64,000 nt of DNA from an uncultured virus (IMG/VR IMGVR_UViG_3300021375_000010) (Duplodnaviria > Heunggongvirae > Uroviricota > Caudoviricetes): IMG/VR virus record IMGVR_UViG_3300021375_000010; one strand, given 5' to 3'. A program made the position numbers and the translations under genes. The notes beneath the pieces are model-generated. The model was not told where the DNA came from, did no database searches, and worked only from the letters and a program-made list of their open reading frames with translations. Positions 38,961 through 48,003 of this stretch are shown here, piece after piece (within the stretch, counting starts at the first letter, position 1; each line of letters opens with the position of its first letter).

Positions 38961-41518
38961 TGGCTGGTGAAAAGAATTTTAATATTAAGAATGGGTTAAA
39001 CGTCAATGGTGTTGAGGTAATTGACTCAAGTGGTCAAATTACTGGTGCTGCTATTGGTACTGAAACAATTGACGATAGAGTCGCTTCGTTACTAACAGCA
39101 GGAACAGGTGTGTCATTGACATATGACGATGCTGCTAATACACTAACAATTAACGGACAACAAGGTGATATCACTGGAGTTAATGCTGGTGCTGGTTTAA
39201 CTGGTACTGCAAGTTCGGGTGATGCAACATTAAACATCGGTGCTGGTACAGGTATCACTGTAAACGCAGATGATATCGCAGTTAATATGTCTGCATTCGA
39301 TACGGGTGACTTATCAGAAGGGTCAAACCTTTACTTTACAAATGAAAGAGTTGACGACAGAGTTAATTCTTTAATTGTTGCTGGAACAGGACTTACATCT
39401 ACATATGATGACAGTGCTGGAACACTTACACTTAACGGACAAGTTGGTGATATTACAGGTGTTACTGCTGGTGATGGTCTTACAGGTGGCGGTACAAGTG
39501 GTGATGTATCACTTGCTGTCCAAGTAGACGATAGTTCAATTGAAACAGATTCAGACACACTAAGAGTCAAAGCGGGTGGTATTACTAATGCCATGTTGGC
39601 GGGTTCTGTTGATAATAATAAACTATCCAATTCAAGTGTAACAATAAATTCTAATGCACTATCATTGGGTGGGACATTAAATTTAGACACTGGTGATTTT
39701 GCAGAAAACGGAAATCTATTCTTCACAAACGAAAGAGTTGACGATAGAGTAAACGGTTTATTATCTGCAGGTGTCAATGTCGCATTGACTTATGATGATG
39801 CGAATGGCGATTTAGAGATTAGAGTACCTTACGAGAATATACAAGATACAGTTGGTACTCAGTTTGCAACCAACGGTTCACACACTGGTCTTACAGCAAC
39901 TTACGATGATGCTGGTGACGGTGCAATCGACCTTGCAGTATCAACATCACATGTTAGGGGTTTAATATCAGCAAGTGGAGATTTATCATACGATAACTCA
40001 ACTGGTGTAATTAGTTTCACAAACGATGCTGGTGATATCGAAAGTGTCACTGCTGGAGACGGTTTATCAGGTGGTGGAACTACAGGTGCATTATCACTTG
40101 CAGTAAATGTTGACGATAGTTCAATCGAAACAAGTTCAGACACATTACAAGTAAAAGCACTTGGTATTACAGACGCTATGTTGGCGGGTTCTATATCAAA
40201 CGCAAAACTTGCTAATAGTTCAATCACAGTTAACGGAAGTGCAACTGCCTTAGGTAGTGCAGTCACACTAGACACTGGTGATGTATCAGAAAATGGAAAC
40301 CTTTATCATACAACAGAAAGAGTTCAAGATGTTGTTGGTGGTATGGCGACTGCTGGAACAAACATAACACTTGCATACGATGACTCTGCTGGAACACTTA
40401 CAATTAACTCTTCAGGAAAAACTGAAGAAGAAATCGAAGATATCGTAAATGGTTTGATAGTTGGTGGAACAAACATCACATCAACATATGACGATACTGC
40501 TGGAACACTTACACTTGCTGGTTTGTCAGATGCAAATATCAGAGGATTAGTATCTGCTGGTGGTGATTTATCATACAACAGTGGAACTGGTGCATTCTCA
40601 TTCACAGAGAGAACAGATGCTGAAGTAAGAGGATTAATTTCTGTTACTGATAATGCTGGAGACGGTTCATTATCATACAACTCTTCAACTGGTGCGATTA
40701 CATACTCAGGTATTAGTGATTCACAAGTAAGAGGTAAAATCTCAGTCACAGATGGTGGTGGAGATGGTTCACTTGCATACAATAGTGGTACTGGTGTAAT
40801 AACATATACAGGCCCAAGTTCTTCAGAAGTAAGGGCGCATTTAAGTGCTGGAACTGGTGTATCATATTCAGGCGGTGCATTTAGTATCGGTCAGGCAGTT
40901 GCAACTACAAGTGATGTATCATTTGCAGACCTTACGCTTTCTGGCAACTTGACAGTAAATGGAACTACAACAACTGTTAACACTGCAACGCTTAATGTGT
41001 CTGATAATATCATTACACTTAACAATGATGTTACTGGGACACCTTCACAGGATTCAGGTATTGAAGTTGAAAGAGGAACTTCTGCTAATGTTTCATTAAC
41101 ATGGGACGAGTCGGAAGACGAGTGGACATTTGGTTCATATAATGTTAAGGCATCTTCTTTTGAAGGTTCATTAACAGGAAACGCTTCAACTGCATCTAGT
41201 GCTGCTAAGTTAACTACTGCAAGAACAATTGCATTGGGTGGAGATTTATCAGGGTCTGCATCATTTGATGGAACTGGTAATATTACAATTTCAGCTGCAG
41301 TTGCAGATGATTCACATAATCATACGATTGCAAATGTTGACGGATTACAGACTGCTTTGAACACTAAATACGAGAGTGGTTCAAACGCAACACTAGGAAC
41401 AATTACTACAACTAACGCTAGTAATTCAGGTGGATATGTGAGAAACATATATCAAAACACATCAGCACCCCAAAGTTCTGATGGCGCAGTTGGTGATATG
41501 TGGATTTTATACTCTTAA
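38960..41518 (+). CDS. Long tail fibre / appendage protein
   Basis: Repeated NLYFTNERVDDRV and TYDD..GTLT units; C-terminal TSAP..DGAVGDMW. Confidence 0.78.
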   Translation: MAGEKNFNIKNGLNVNGVEVIDSSGQITGAAIGTETIDDRVASLLTAGTGVSLTYDDAANTLTINGQQGDITGVNAGAGLTGTASSGDATLNIGAGTGITVNADDIAVNMSAFDTGDLSEGSNLYFTNERVDDRVNSLIVAGTGLTSTYDDSAGTLTLNGQVGDITGVTAGDGLTGGGTSGDVSLAVQVDDSSIETDSDTLRVKAGGITNAMLAGSVDNNKLSNSSVTINSNALSLGGTLNLDTGDFAENGNLFFTNERVDDRVNGLLSAGVNVALTYDDANGDLEIRVPYENIQDTVGTQFATNGSHTGLTATYDDAGDGAIDLAVSTSHVRGLISASGDLSYDNSTGVISFTNDAGDIESVTAGDGLSGGGTTGALSLAVNVDDSSIETSSDTLQVKALGITDAMLAGSISNAKLANSSITVNGSATALGSAVTLDTGDVSENGNLYHTTERVQDVVGGMATAGTNITLAYDDSAGTLTINSSGKTEEEIEDIVNGLIVGGTNITSTYDDTAGTLTLAGLSDANIRGLVSAGGDLSYNSGTGAFSFTERTDAEVRGLISVTDNAGDGSLSYNSSTGAITYSGISDSQVRGKISVTDGGGDGSLAYNSGTGVITYTGPSSSEVRAHLSAGTGVSYSGGAFSIGQAVATTSDVSFADLTLSGNLTVNGTTTTVNTATLNVSDNIITLNNDVTGTPSQDSGIEVERGTSANVSLTWDESEDEWTFGSYNVKASSFEGSLTGNASTASSAAKLTTARTIALGGDLSGSASFDGTGNITISAAVADDSHNHTIANVDGLQTALNTKYESGSNATLGTITTTNASNSGGYVRNIYQNTSAPQSSDGAVGDMWILYS

Positions 41519-41555
41519 TAGAGTATATTTTTTTAATTTTTAAGGTATAATATAA

Positions 41556-43763
41556 ATGGCATCAGGTTCACAGAAGGTAAAAACACCGCAGGGCTGGAAT
41601 TCTACCCAAGGTGCTTGGGTTAAAACAGGTTCATCCACATGGAAAGCGGTAGACCAAATTTATGTTAAGACACCTACAGGGTGGAATAATGCATCGGGTC
41701 AACAGTCTGTACAACAACCTTACCCATACATTGCTAATAGTCAGACCCCATATATTGCGAATGCACAGCAACCGTATCCTTACATTGCTAATGCACAGAC
41801 GCCTTATATCGCTAACGCTCAGCAACCGTATCCGTACATTGCCAATAATCAGACACCTTACATTGCAAATGCACAACAACCGTATCCTTATATAGCGGAT
41901 AGTCAAACCCCATTTACGTATCAGAATAGGAGTCCATTTACATATAGGAATCCTGTAAATGCACAGACACCATTTACGTATCAGAACAGGACACCATTTA
42001 CATATAGGAACCCAGTTAACGCTCAAACGCCTTATATCGCTAACGCTCAGCAACCGTATCCTTACATTGCTAATAGTCAGACCCCATATATTGCGGATGC
42101 TCAACAACCGTATCCTTACATTGCTAATAGTCAAACACCATATATTGCGAATGCACAGCAACCGTATCCGTACATTGCTAATGCTCAATCGCCTTATATT
42201 GCTAACGCTAGACAACCTGCTATTTATCAGAATCCATCAAGTTCACAGACACCTTACATTGCTCAGGCAAGACAACCTGCTGGATATAGAAACCCTGTTT
42301 CTGCACAACAACCATATATCGCTAACGCTAGACAACCATTTACATATAGAAACCCTGTAAATGCTCAATCGCCTTATATTGCGAATGCACAGCAACCGTA
42401 TCCTTACATTGCTAATAGTCAAACGCCTTATATTGCGAATGCACAGCAACCGTATCCATATATTGCTAACAGTCAGACTCCATACATTGCGAATGCTAGA
42501 CAACCTAGTACGTATAGAAACCCAGTAAATGCACAGACACCTTACATTGCGAATGCTCAACAACCATATCCGTATATAGCAAATAGTCAAAGTCCTTATA
42601 TTGCAAATGCTCAGCAACCGTATCCATATATTGCTAATGCTCAAACGCCTTATATTGCTAACGCTAGACAACCAAACACATACGCCCGACAAGGTAGAAC
42701 ACCGTTTACGTATCAAAACAGGTCTCCATTTACATATAGGAGTCCAGTAAACGGACAACAACCATTTACGTACCAAAACAGGTCTCCATTTACATACAGA
42801 AATCCTGTAGGATACCAAGTACCGTTTACGTATCAAAATAGGTCACCGTTTACTTACAGAAACCCTGTAGGTTATCGAGTACCGTTTACATACCAAAACA
42901 GACAACCAAGTACGTATAGAAACCCAGTGAATGGACAGCAACCTTACATTGCTAATGCAAGGCAACCTGCTGGATATAGAAATCCAGTATCAGCACAGCA
43001 ACCATATATTGCTAACGCTAGATACCCTGCTAACGCTCAGAGTCCTAGTAACGCTCAGTCGCCGTTTACTTACAACGCAAGATACCCTGCTAACGCTCAG
43101 AGTCCTAGTAACGCTCAGTCGCCGTTTACTTACAATGCTAGGTATCCTGCTAATGCTCAGTCACCAAGTAACTCACAAACACCGTTTACTTACAACGCAA
43201 GATACCCTGCTAGCGCTCAGTCACCAAGTAACTCTCAAACACCGTTTACTTACAATGCTAGGTATCCAGCGATTTATACTGCTAATGCTAGAGCATCTGT
43301 GAGTTCAAGAACTCCTGGCACCTATCCATACAGGGCACCTGTTGGTTATTGGGAATCTAGTACTAATTATGTTCAAAGTTATCAGATGGGATATGCTGAG
43401 GGAGTGGGTAAATATTCAGCCTTCGGTGCCGCCTTGGGAACTTATCAGTCATCACTTGGTTCTTTACAGCAGTTTGGTATTGTTACTGGTTCTCAATCGC
43501 CATTTTACTCTGTCATTGCATACCAAAATTCTTCTAGCGCACCTACAACGTTTTTCATTGGTGGTACAAATTCACTACCAATTGGGCCGCTTAGTCAAAT
43601 TGTGACTCAGTGGACTAGAGGTTATTATCCATCACCTTTCTCTCTGCCATTCCAGTACATGCAGTTCTCACAAGGTAGATGGTATATACAAGGTAGAAAT
43701 ATGATAAGAGAAAACAGTCCTGCCGGTGTTTACGGGGCTCTTAGAATAAGTGTAACAAAATAG
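41556..43763 (+). CDS. Q/P/Y repeat protein A2: N-terminal W/YVK motif, 526-aa repeat tract, C-terminal globular domain
   Basis: 28 long (10/12 aa) and 27 short (8 aa) alternating units, aa 53-578. Confidence 0.85.
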   Translation: MASGSQKVKTPQGWNSTQGAWVKTGSSTWKAVDQIYVKTPTGWNNASGQQSVQQPYPYIANSQTPYIANAQQPYPYIANAQTPYIANAQQPYPYIANNQTPYIANAQQPYPYIADSQTPFTYQNRSPFTYRNPVNAQTPFTYQNRTPFTYRNPVNAQTPYIANAQQPYPYIANSQTPYIADAQQPYPYIANSQTPYIANAQQPYPYIANAQSPYIANARQPAIYQNPSSSQTPYIAQARQPAGYRNPVSAQQPYIANARQPFTYRNPVNAQSPYIANAQQPYPYIANSQTPYIANAQQPYPYIANSQTPYIANARQPSTYRNPVNAQTPYIANAQQPYPYIANSQSPYIANAQQPYPYIANAQTPYIANARQPNTYARQGRTPFTYQNRSPFTYRSPVNGQQPFTYQNRSPFTYRNPVGYQVPFTYQNRSPFTYRNPVGYRVPFTYQNRQPSTYRNPVNGQQPYIANARQPAGYRNPVSAQQPYIANARYPANAQSPSNAQSPFTYNARYPANAQSPSNAQSPFTYNARYPANAQSPSNSQTPFTYNARYPASAQSPSNSQTPFTYNARYPAIYTANARASVSSRTPGTYPYRAPVGYWESSTNYVQSYQMGYAEGVGKYSAFGAALGTYQSSLGSLQQFGIVTGSQSPFYSVIAYQNSSSAPTTFFIGGTNSLPIGPLSQIVTQWTRGYYPSPFSLPFQYMQFSQGRWYIQGRNMIRENSPAGVYGALRISVTK
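41712..43289 (+). repeat. Coding repeat tract of A2 (24/30/36-nt units)
   Basis: Parsed from the translation; many near-identical DNA units. Confidence 0.9.
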
Positions 43764-43774
43764 GAATTAGAAAT

Positions 43775-44035
43775 ATGGCATTATATGAAACAACAATAAC
43801 AAACCCCGATGGAAGTACTGAAATTGCTTTAAATAAAGATTTCGTATTCTCTGATATTGGTGGAGATGTAACTTGTACACAAACAGGATTTAAAGCAGCA
43901 TACACAGTAGGAGACAATACGGACTTAGTACAAGCTGAGGCGGATATCGATTCTTGTATTGCAAACAACTTGGAAGTTTGGGCTTGGCAGAAGTATTACC
44001 AAAACCCTCTGAATCCAAGTGAACTAAGAGAATAA
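43775..44035 (+). CDS. 86-aa hypothetical protein between the paired repeat genes
   Basis: AGGA SD; tightly packed in the operon. Confidence 0.7.
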   Translation: MALYETTITNPDGSTEIALNKDFVFSDIGGDVTCTQTGFKAAYTVGDNTDLVQAEADIDSCIANNLEVWAWQKYYQNPLNPSELRE

Positions 44036-44047
44036 TAGGAAAAAGAC

Positions 44048-45727
44048 ATGGCACAAGGCAGTTATCAGGTTCCGTCCATTGCACAACAACCGTTCACGTA
44101 CAGCGCATCGTATCGTGTGCCATACATTGCTAACGCAAGACAGCCTGGCACCTATAGGAACCCATTTACGTATCGTGTGCCTTATATTGCTAACGCAAGA
44201 CAGCCTGGCACCTATAGGAACCCATTTACGTATCGTGTGCCTTATATTGCGAATGCTAGACAACCTAGTACATATCGTAACCCATTCACGTATCGTGTGC
44301 CTTATATTGCGAATGCTAGACAACCTAGTACATATCGTAACCCATTCACATATAGGGTTCCGTTCACATACCAAAACAGGTCTCCATTTACATATAGGAA
44401 CCCTGTAAGTTATCGTGTGCCATTTACTTATAATAATAGACAACCATTTACATATAGAAACCCTGTAAATGCTCAATCGCCTTATATTGCTAACGCTAGA
44501 CAACCTGCTGGTTACAGAAACCCTGTTTCAGGACAACAACCATATATCGCTAACGCTAGACAACCTGCTGGTTACAGAAATCCAGTATCAGCACAGCAAC
44601 CATATATTGCTAACGCAAGAAACCCATTCACATATAGGAACCCTGTAAACGGTCAACAACCGTACATTGCAAGTGCTCAACAACCGTATCCATATATTGC
44701 GAACAGTCAAACACCGTTCACGTATCAAAATAGGCAACCTAGTACATATGCTAGACAGGGTAGAACACCGTTCACATACCAAAATAGACAGCCTGGTACA
44801 TATGCTAGACAAGGTCAAACACCATTTACATACAGTAATAGACAACCTAGTACGTATAGAAACCCAGTAAATGCTCAAACACCATTTACATACAGTAATA
44901 GACAACCTGGCACATATGCTAGACAAGGTCAAACGCCATTTACGTATCAGAACAGACAGCCTGGCACATATGCACGACAAGGACAAACTCCTTTCACGTA
45001 CCAAAATAGACAACCGAGTACGTATAGAAACCCAGTGAATGGTCAATCGCCATTTACGTATCAGAACAGGTCTCCGTTTACATATAGAAACCCTGTAGGT
45101 TATCAAGTACCATTTACATACAGTAATAGACAACCTGCTATCTATGGAAACCCTGTAAGTTATCAGATACCATTTACGTATCAGAACAGACAACCTAGTA
45201 CATATGCTAGACAAGGTCAAACGCCATTTACGTACCAAAATAGACAACCTGGCACGTATGCTAGACAAGGTCAGACACCATTTACATACAGTAATAGACA
45301 ACCTGGCACATATGCTAGACAAGGTCAAACGCCATTTACGTACCAAAATAGACAACCTAGTACGTATAGAAACCCAGTGAATGGACAACAACCATATATC
45401 GCTAACGCTAGACAACCTAGTACGTATAGAAACCCAGTGAATGGTCAACAACCATATATCGCTAACGCTAGACAACCTGGCACATATGCTAGACAGGGTA
45501 GAACACCGTTCACTTATCAAAATAGACAACCTGGCACATATGCACGACAAGGACAAACTCCTTTCACGTATCAACACAGACAACCTTCAACATATAGTAG
45601 ACAAGGTAGAACACCGTTCACTTATCAGAACAGACAACCTTCAACATATGCTAGACAAGGTAGAACACCTGTTATACGTTGGGATGGTAACTTGTCACAA
45701 CAGTGGCCTGCTGCTGATATAAGTTAA
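44048..45727 (+). CDS. Q/P/Y repeat protein B2 (mirror partner of A2)
   Basis: 12 aa + 526-aa repeat tract + 21 aa = 559 aa. Confidence 0.85.
   Translation: MAQGSYQVPSIAQQPFTYSASYRVPYIANARQPGTYRNPFTYRVPYIANARQPGTYRNPFTYRVPYIANARQPSTYRNPFTYRVPYIANARQPSTYRNPFTYRVPFTYQNRSPFTYRNPVSYRVPFTYNNRQPFTYRNPVNAQSPYIANARQPAGYRNPVSGQQPYIANARQPAGYRNPVSAQQPYIANARNPFTYRNPVNGQQPYIASAQQPYPYIANSQTPFTYQNRQPSTYARQGRTPFTYQNRQPGTYARQGQTPFTYSNRQPSTYRNPVNAQTPFTYSNRQPGTYARQGQTPFTYQNRQPGTYARQGQTPFTYQNRQPSTYRNPVNGQSPFTYQNRSPFTYRNPVGYQVPFTYSNRQPAIYGNPVSYQIPFTYQNRQPSTYARQGQTPFTYQNRQPGTYARQGQTPFTYSNRQPGTYARQGQTPFTYQNRQPSTYRNPVNGQQPYIANARQPSTYRNPVNGQQPYIANARQPGTYARQGRTPFTYQNRQPGTYARQGQTPFTYQHRQPSTYSRQGRTPFTYQNRQPSTYARQGRTPVIRWDGNLSQQWPAADIS
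44084..45661 (+). repeat. Coding repeat tract of B2
   Basis: 28 long and 27 short units in reverse length order relative to A2. Confidence 0.9.
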
Positions 45728-45778
45728 TTTTTTTCATCGACTAAATACTGGTAGAAGCAATTTACTGGAATTTAGTTT

Positions 45779-47374
45779 ATGGAAAAAATAACAACACTTG
45801 ATGCACTACTTCTAAAATTAGAAGAAACCCCTATACCAACTGAAGAACTCAAAACCTATGGTCATGCTCAGAGACATCTATTACCCCAATATCATTTAGG
45901 GTCTACTAATATTGATGAGATTGATAAAGACAGCGAGTTCTATAAAGTCTTATCATACTTTTTTGATAATGTTATGCCTCCCCTACGACTTCTTAAGTGG
46001 TCAGACCTTGATACACTGAGAAGAAAGAAAGAGATTACGACCTTTAATGGATTACAATTTCAGTGTAATGCATATCACAAATTCATGCCAGATATTTACA
46101 CTTCAGGAATCCAACCCGAAGGTGAAACAAACATAACAACAAAATTCCAAGTTGCCACTGTTGATGATGAAGTGCAAAAAATTCAAGACTACTGTGGTGA
46201 AGCAACCGACCCACGTGACTTTTATTCAGAAGATTTTGACATGTCTATGAATTCAATGTATTATCATAGTGCGAAAGCTCATTGGATTACACAAAGTATT
46301 AGAGAGGAGGGATTGTGGGCTCCTATTCAAGGATATACTCAATCTCCTAACGGTACTAATTTCACACAACTTATGATACATCCAGGCAGTGTACGTTCAG
46401 GTGTATTTGAAGAGATGGAAGACCCAACACATGAACTTTTGATATGGGATTTCCAAGATACATTCCCCGACATTCCAGCAATGTCCATAGACGATTCTTT
46501 GAATTACTGGAAAGAAACCATCCTCAATGGTAATACAAAATGCAATCATAAAAACTTGAGTGTTATATTTACTAATGGTACACTTGAATATCAATCCGAC
46601 CATTCCAATATAGAATTTAGAAGAGAAGTTTGGAAACATAGTAAGAAGTTTACAGAACTTTCTGCTGGAAAACCTCTAACAATTTATATTGGTTATGACC
46701 CTAGACACAATAATCTAGAGTTGTACTCCAAGCAATCTATATTAGATGCAGTGAAGAGAAGTGTTGGTGGTGGGAGATTTGTTGATTACACTAGGTTTAC
46801 GCCAGAAATTAAAATACTTGACATTTCAAAGATACCCGAGTACACTAGAGAGTATGCAAATCAATCTACTGAATTTACATACAGTAGATTCTTAATACCG
46901 TATCTTGAGAACTATGAAGGGTTTAGTATGTTTGTAGATGATGACTTCATCTTTAATAAAAACCCTATGCCTATGTTCTATTACCTAGGTCAAGATGATG
47001 CAGTAGCATGTATCAAGTATCCACAAATTAAACATGATGAAACCAAGTTTGATGGAGAAGTTAATATAGATTATCCATGTAAACTATGGTCATCTATGAT
47101 GTTCTTCAATAACAGTCATCCCGACTGTAAGAAGTTGACACCCGAAGTGGTTAACACTTGGACAGGTGCCCAATTACATCAATTCGAATGGACTGATAAG
47201 ATTGCTCCCATCCCCGAGAAGTATGTGTTCGTTGAGGGATATGATGACCCCGAGGTTAAGTGGGATTTCTCTGCTGTTCACTATACAAGAGGTGGGCCAT
47301 GGATAAATGGGATGGATACAGGACACATAAATAATTTAGAACACTACAACAAAGTTAAAAACAGCTTGTTGTGA
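45779..47374 (+). CDS. Glycosyltransferase (GT-A fold, GT8/CDI-like) with an extra N-terminal domain
   Basis: IYIGYDPR; STEFTYSRFLIPYL; FVDDDF (DxD); WSSMMFFN; HYTRGGPW. Confidence 0.85.
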   Translation: MEKITTLDALLLKLEETPIPTEELKTYGHAQRHLLPQYHLGSTNIDEIDKDSEFYKVLSYFFDNVMPPLRLLKWSDLDTLRRKKEITTFNGLQFQCNAYHKFMPDIYTSGIQPEGETNITTKFQVATVDDEVQKIQDYCGEATDPRDFYSEDFDMSMNSMYYHSAKAHWITQSIREEGLWAPIQGYTQSPNGTNFTQLMIHPGSVRSGVFEEMEDPTHELLIWDFQDTFPDIPAMSIDDSLNYWKETILNGNTKCNHKNLSVIFTNGTLEYQSDHSNIEFRREVWKHSKKFTELSAGKPLTIYIGYDPRHNNLELYSKQSILDAVKRSVGGGRFVDYTRFTPEIKILDISKIPEYTREYANQSTEFTYSRFLIPYLENYEGFSMFVDDDFIFNKNPMPMFYYLGQDDAVACIKYPQIKHDETKFDGEVNIDYPCKLWSSMMFFNNSHPDCKKLTPEVVNTWTGAQLHQFEWTDKIAPIPEKYVFVEGYDDPEVKWDFSAVHYTRGGPWINGMDTGHINNLEHYNKVKNSLL

Positions 47375-47394
47375 TAACAATCTTATGATATAAT
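47366..47394 (+). promoter_or_regulatory. Sigma70-like (extended -10) promoter
   Basis: TTGTTG-N17-TATAAT with TGn before the -10 box, then a GGAG/AAGGA SD. Confidence 0.55.
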
Positions 47395-47412
47395 GGAGAA
47401 AAAGGATATATT

Positions 47413-48003
47413 ATGAATGCACTAATTTACACAGAAAACAATGAACTTATGATTACTAAACCTAATGGTTTGCATTATAAGTTTGATAATGTCGACAAAC
47501 CCGAATTGGGATTTGATTATGATGTTCTAGTCTACGCTGAAGAAGAACTTAAGATTCTAAACTGGGATGTCCAAAAAGAATTCCCAGACCAAGAACAAAT
47601 TCCTTTAAGTGCGGATGAAAAGGACGCTGTCGAAACTTACATTAAAAATTCAGAACCACCTATGGGTGTCACCTTAAATGGTCAATACATTGAACAACTA
47701 GCTTATATGTGTAATAAGAATGTTGAAGCATGTGCTGGCGGATTTAATTTTTCTGATATAGCAGAGGTTGTCTATGTTGGCAGAGAAGGTTCCAACCATC
47801 CTTACAGGTCTAATGCTAGACGTGTTATGGAGTATGCTGATGCATTATGGCACATCTTTGACCAAGTCATGAATGAGATTGTAGGAACTAGAGAAGATAC
47901 TCTTAGAGATTTTGCTAGTTATGTGGAACAACTACCACAACCACAATCAATTCCCGAAACAGATAATCACCAATTTCAAAAGGATACAAAAATTGGCGGT
48001 TAA
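47413..48003 (+). CDS. Hypothetical protein
   Basis: 196-aa ORF with SD; no family recognised. Confidence 0.7.
   Translation: MNALIYTENNELMITKPNGLHYKFDNVDKPELGFDYDVLVYAEEELKILNWDVQKEFPDQEQIPLSADEKDAVETYIKNSEPPMGVTLNGQYIEQLAYMCNKNVEACAGGFNFSDIAEVVYVGREGSNHPYRSNARRVMEYADALWHIFDQVMNEIVGTREDTLRDFASYVEQLPQPQSIPETDNHQFQKDTKIGG

Noticed and set aside
41712..45661. CRISPR array or DNA inverted repeat/shufflon
   Set aside because: Units are in-frame multiples of 3 with synonymous variation and no unique spacers; the mirror symmetry is in protein unit order, not reverse-complement DNA; no cas or invertase gene is present
41631..45722. Long alternative-frame and antisense ORFs over the repeat genes (e.g. 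44588..45583 -, 42243..42836 -)
   Set aside because: Shadows of the repetitive sense-strand codons; no SD or promoter context; fully overlap well-supported genes
28931..45727. Diversity-generating retroelement acting on fibre tips
   Set aside because: No reverse transcriptase and no adenine-specific TR/VR pair seen in the window
31428..45727. Repeat proteins as RiPP-like multicore precursor peptides
   Set aside because: The exact mirrored register between genes and the virion-gene context fit a structural role better; no dedicated protease or transporter nearby. Not formally excluded
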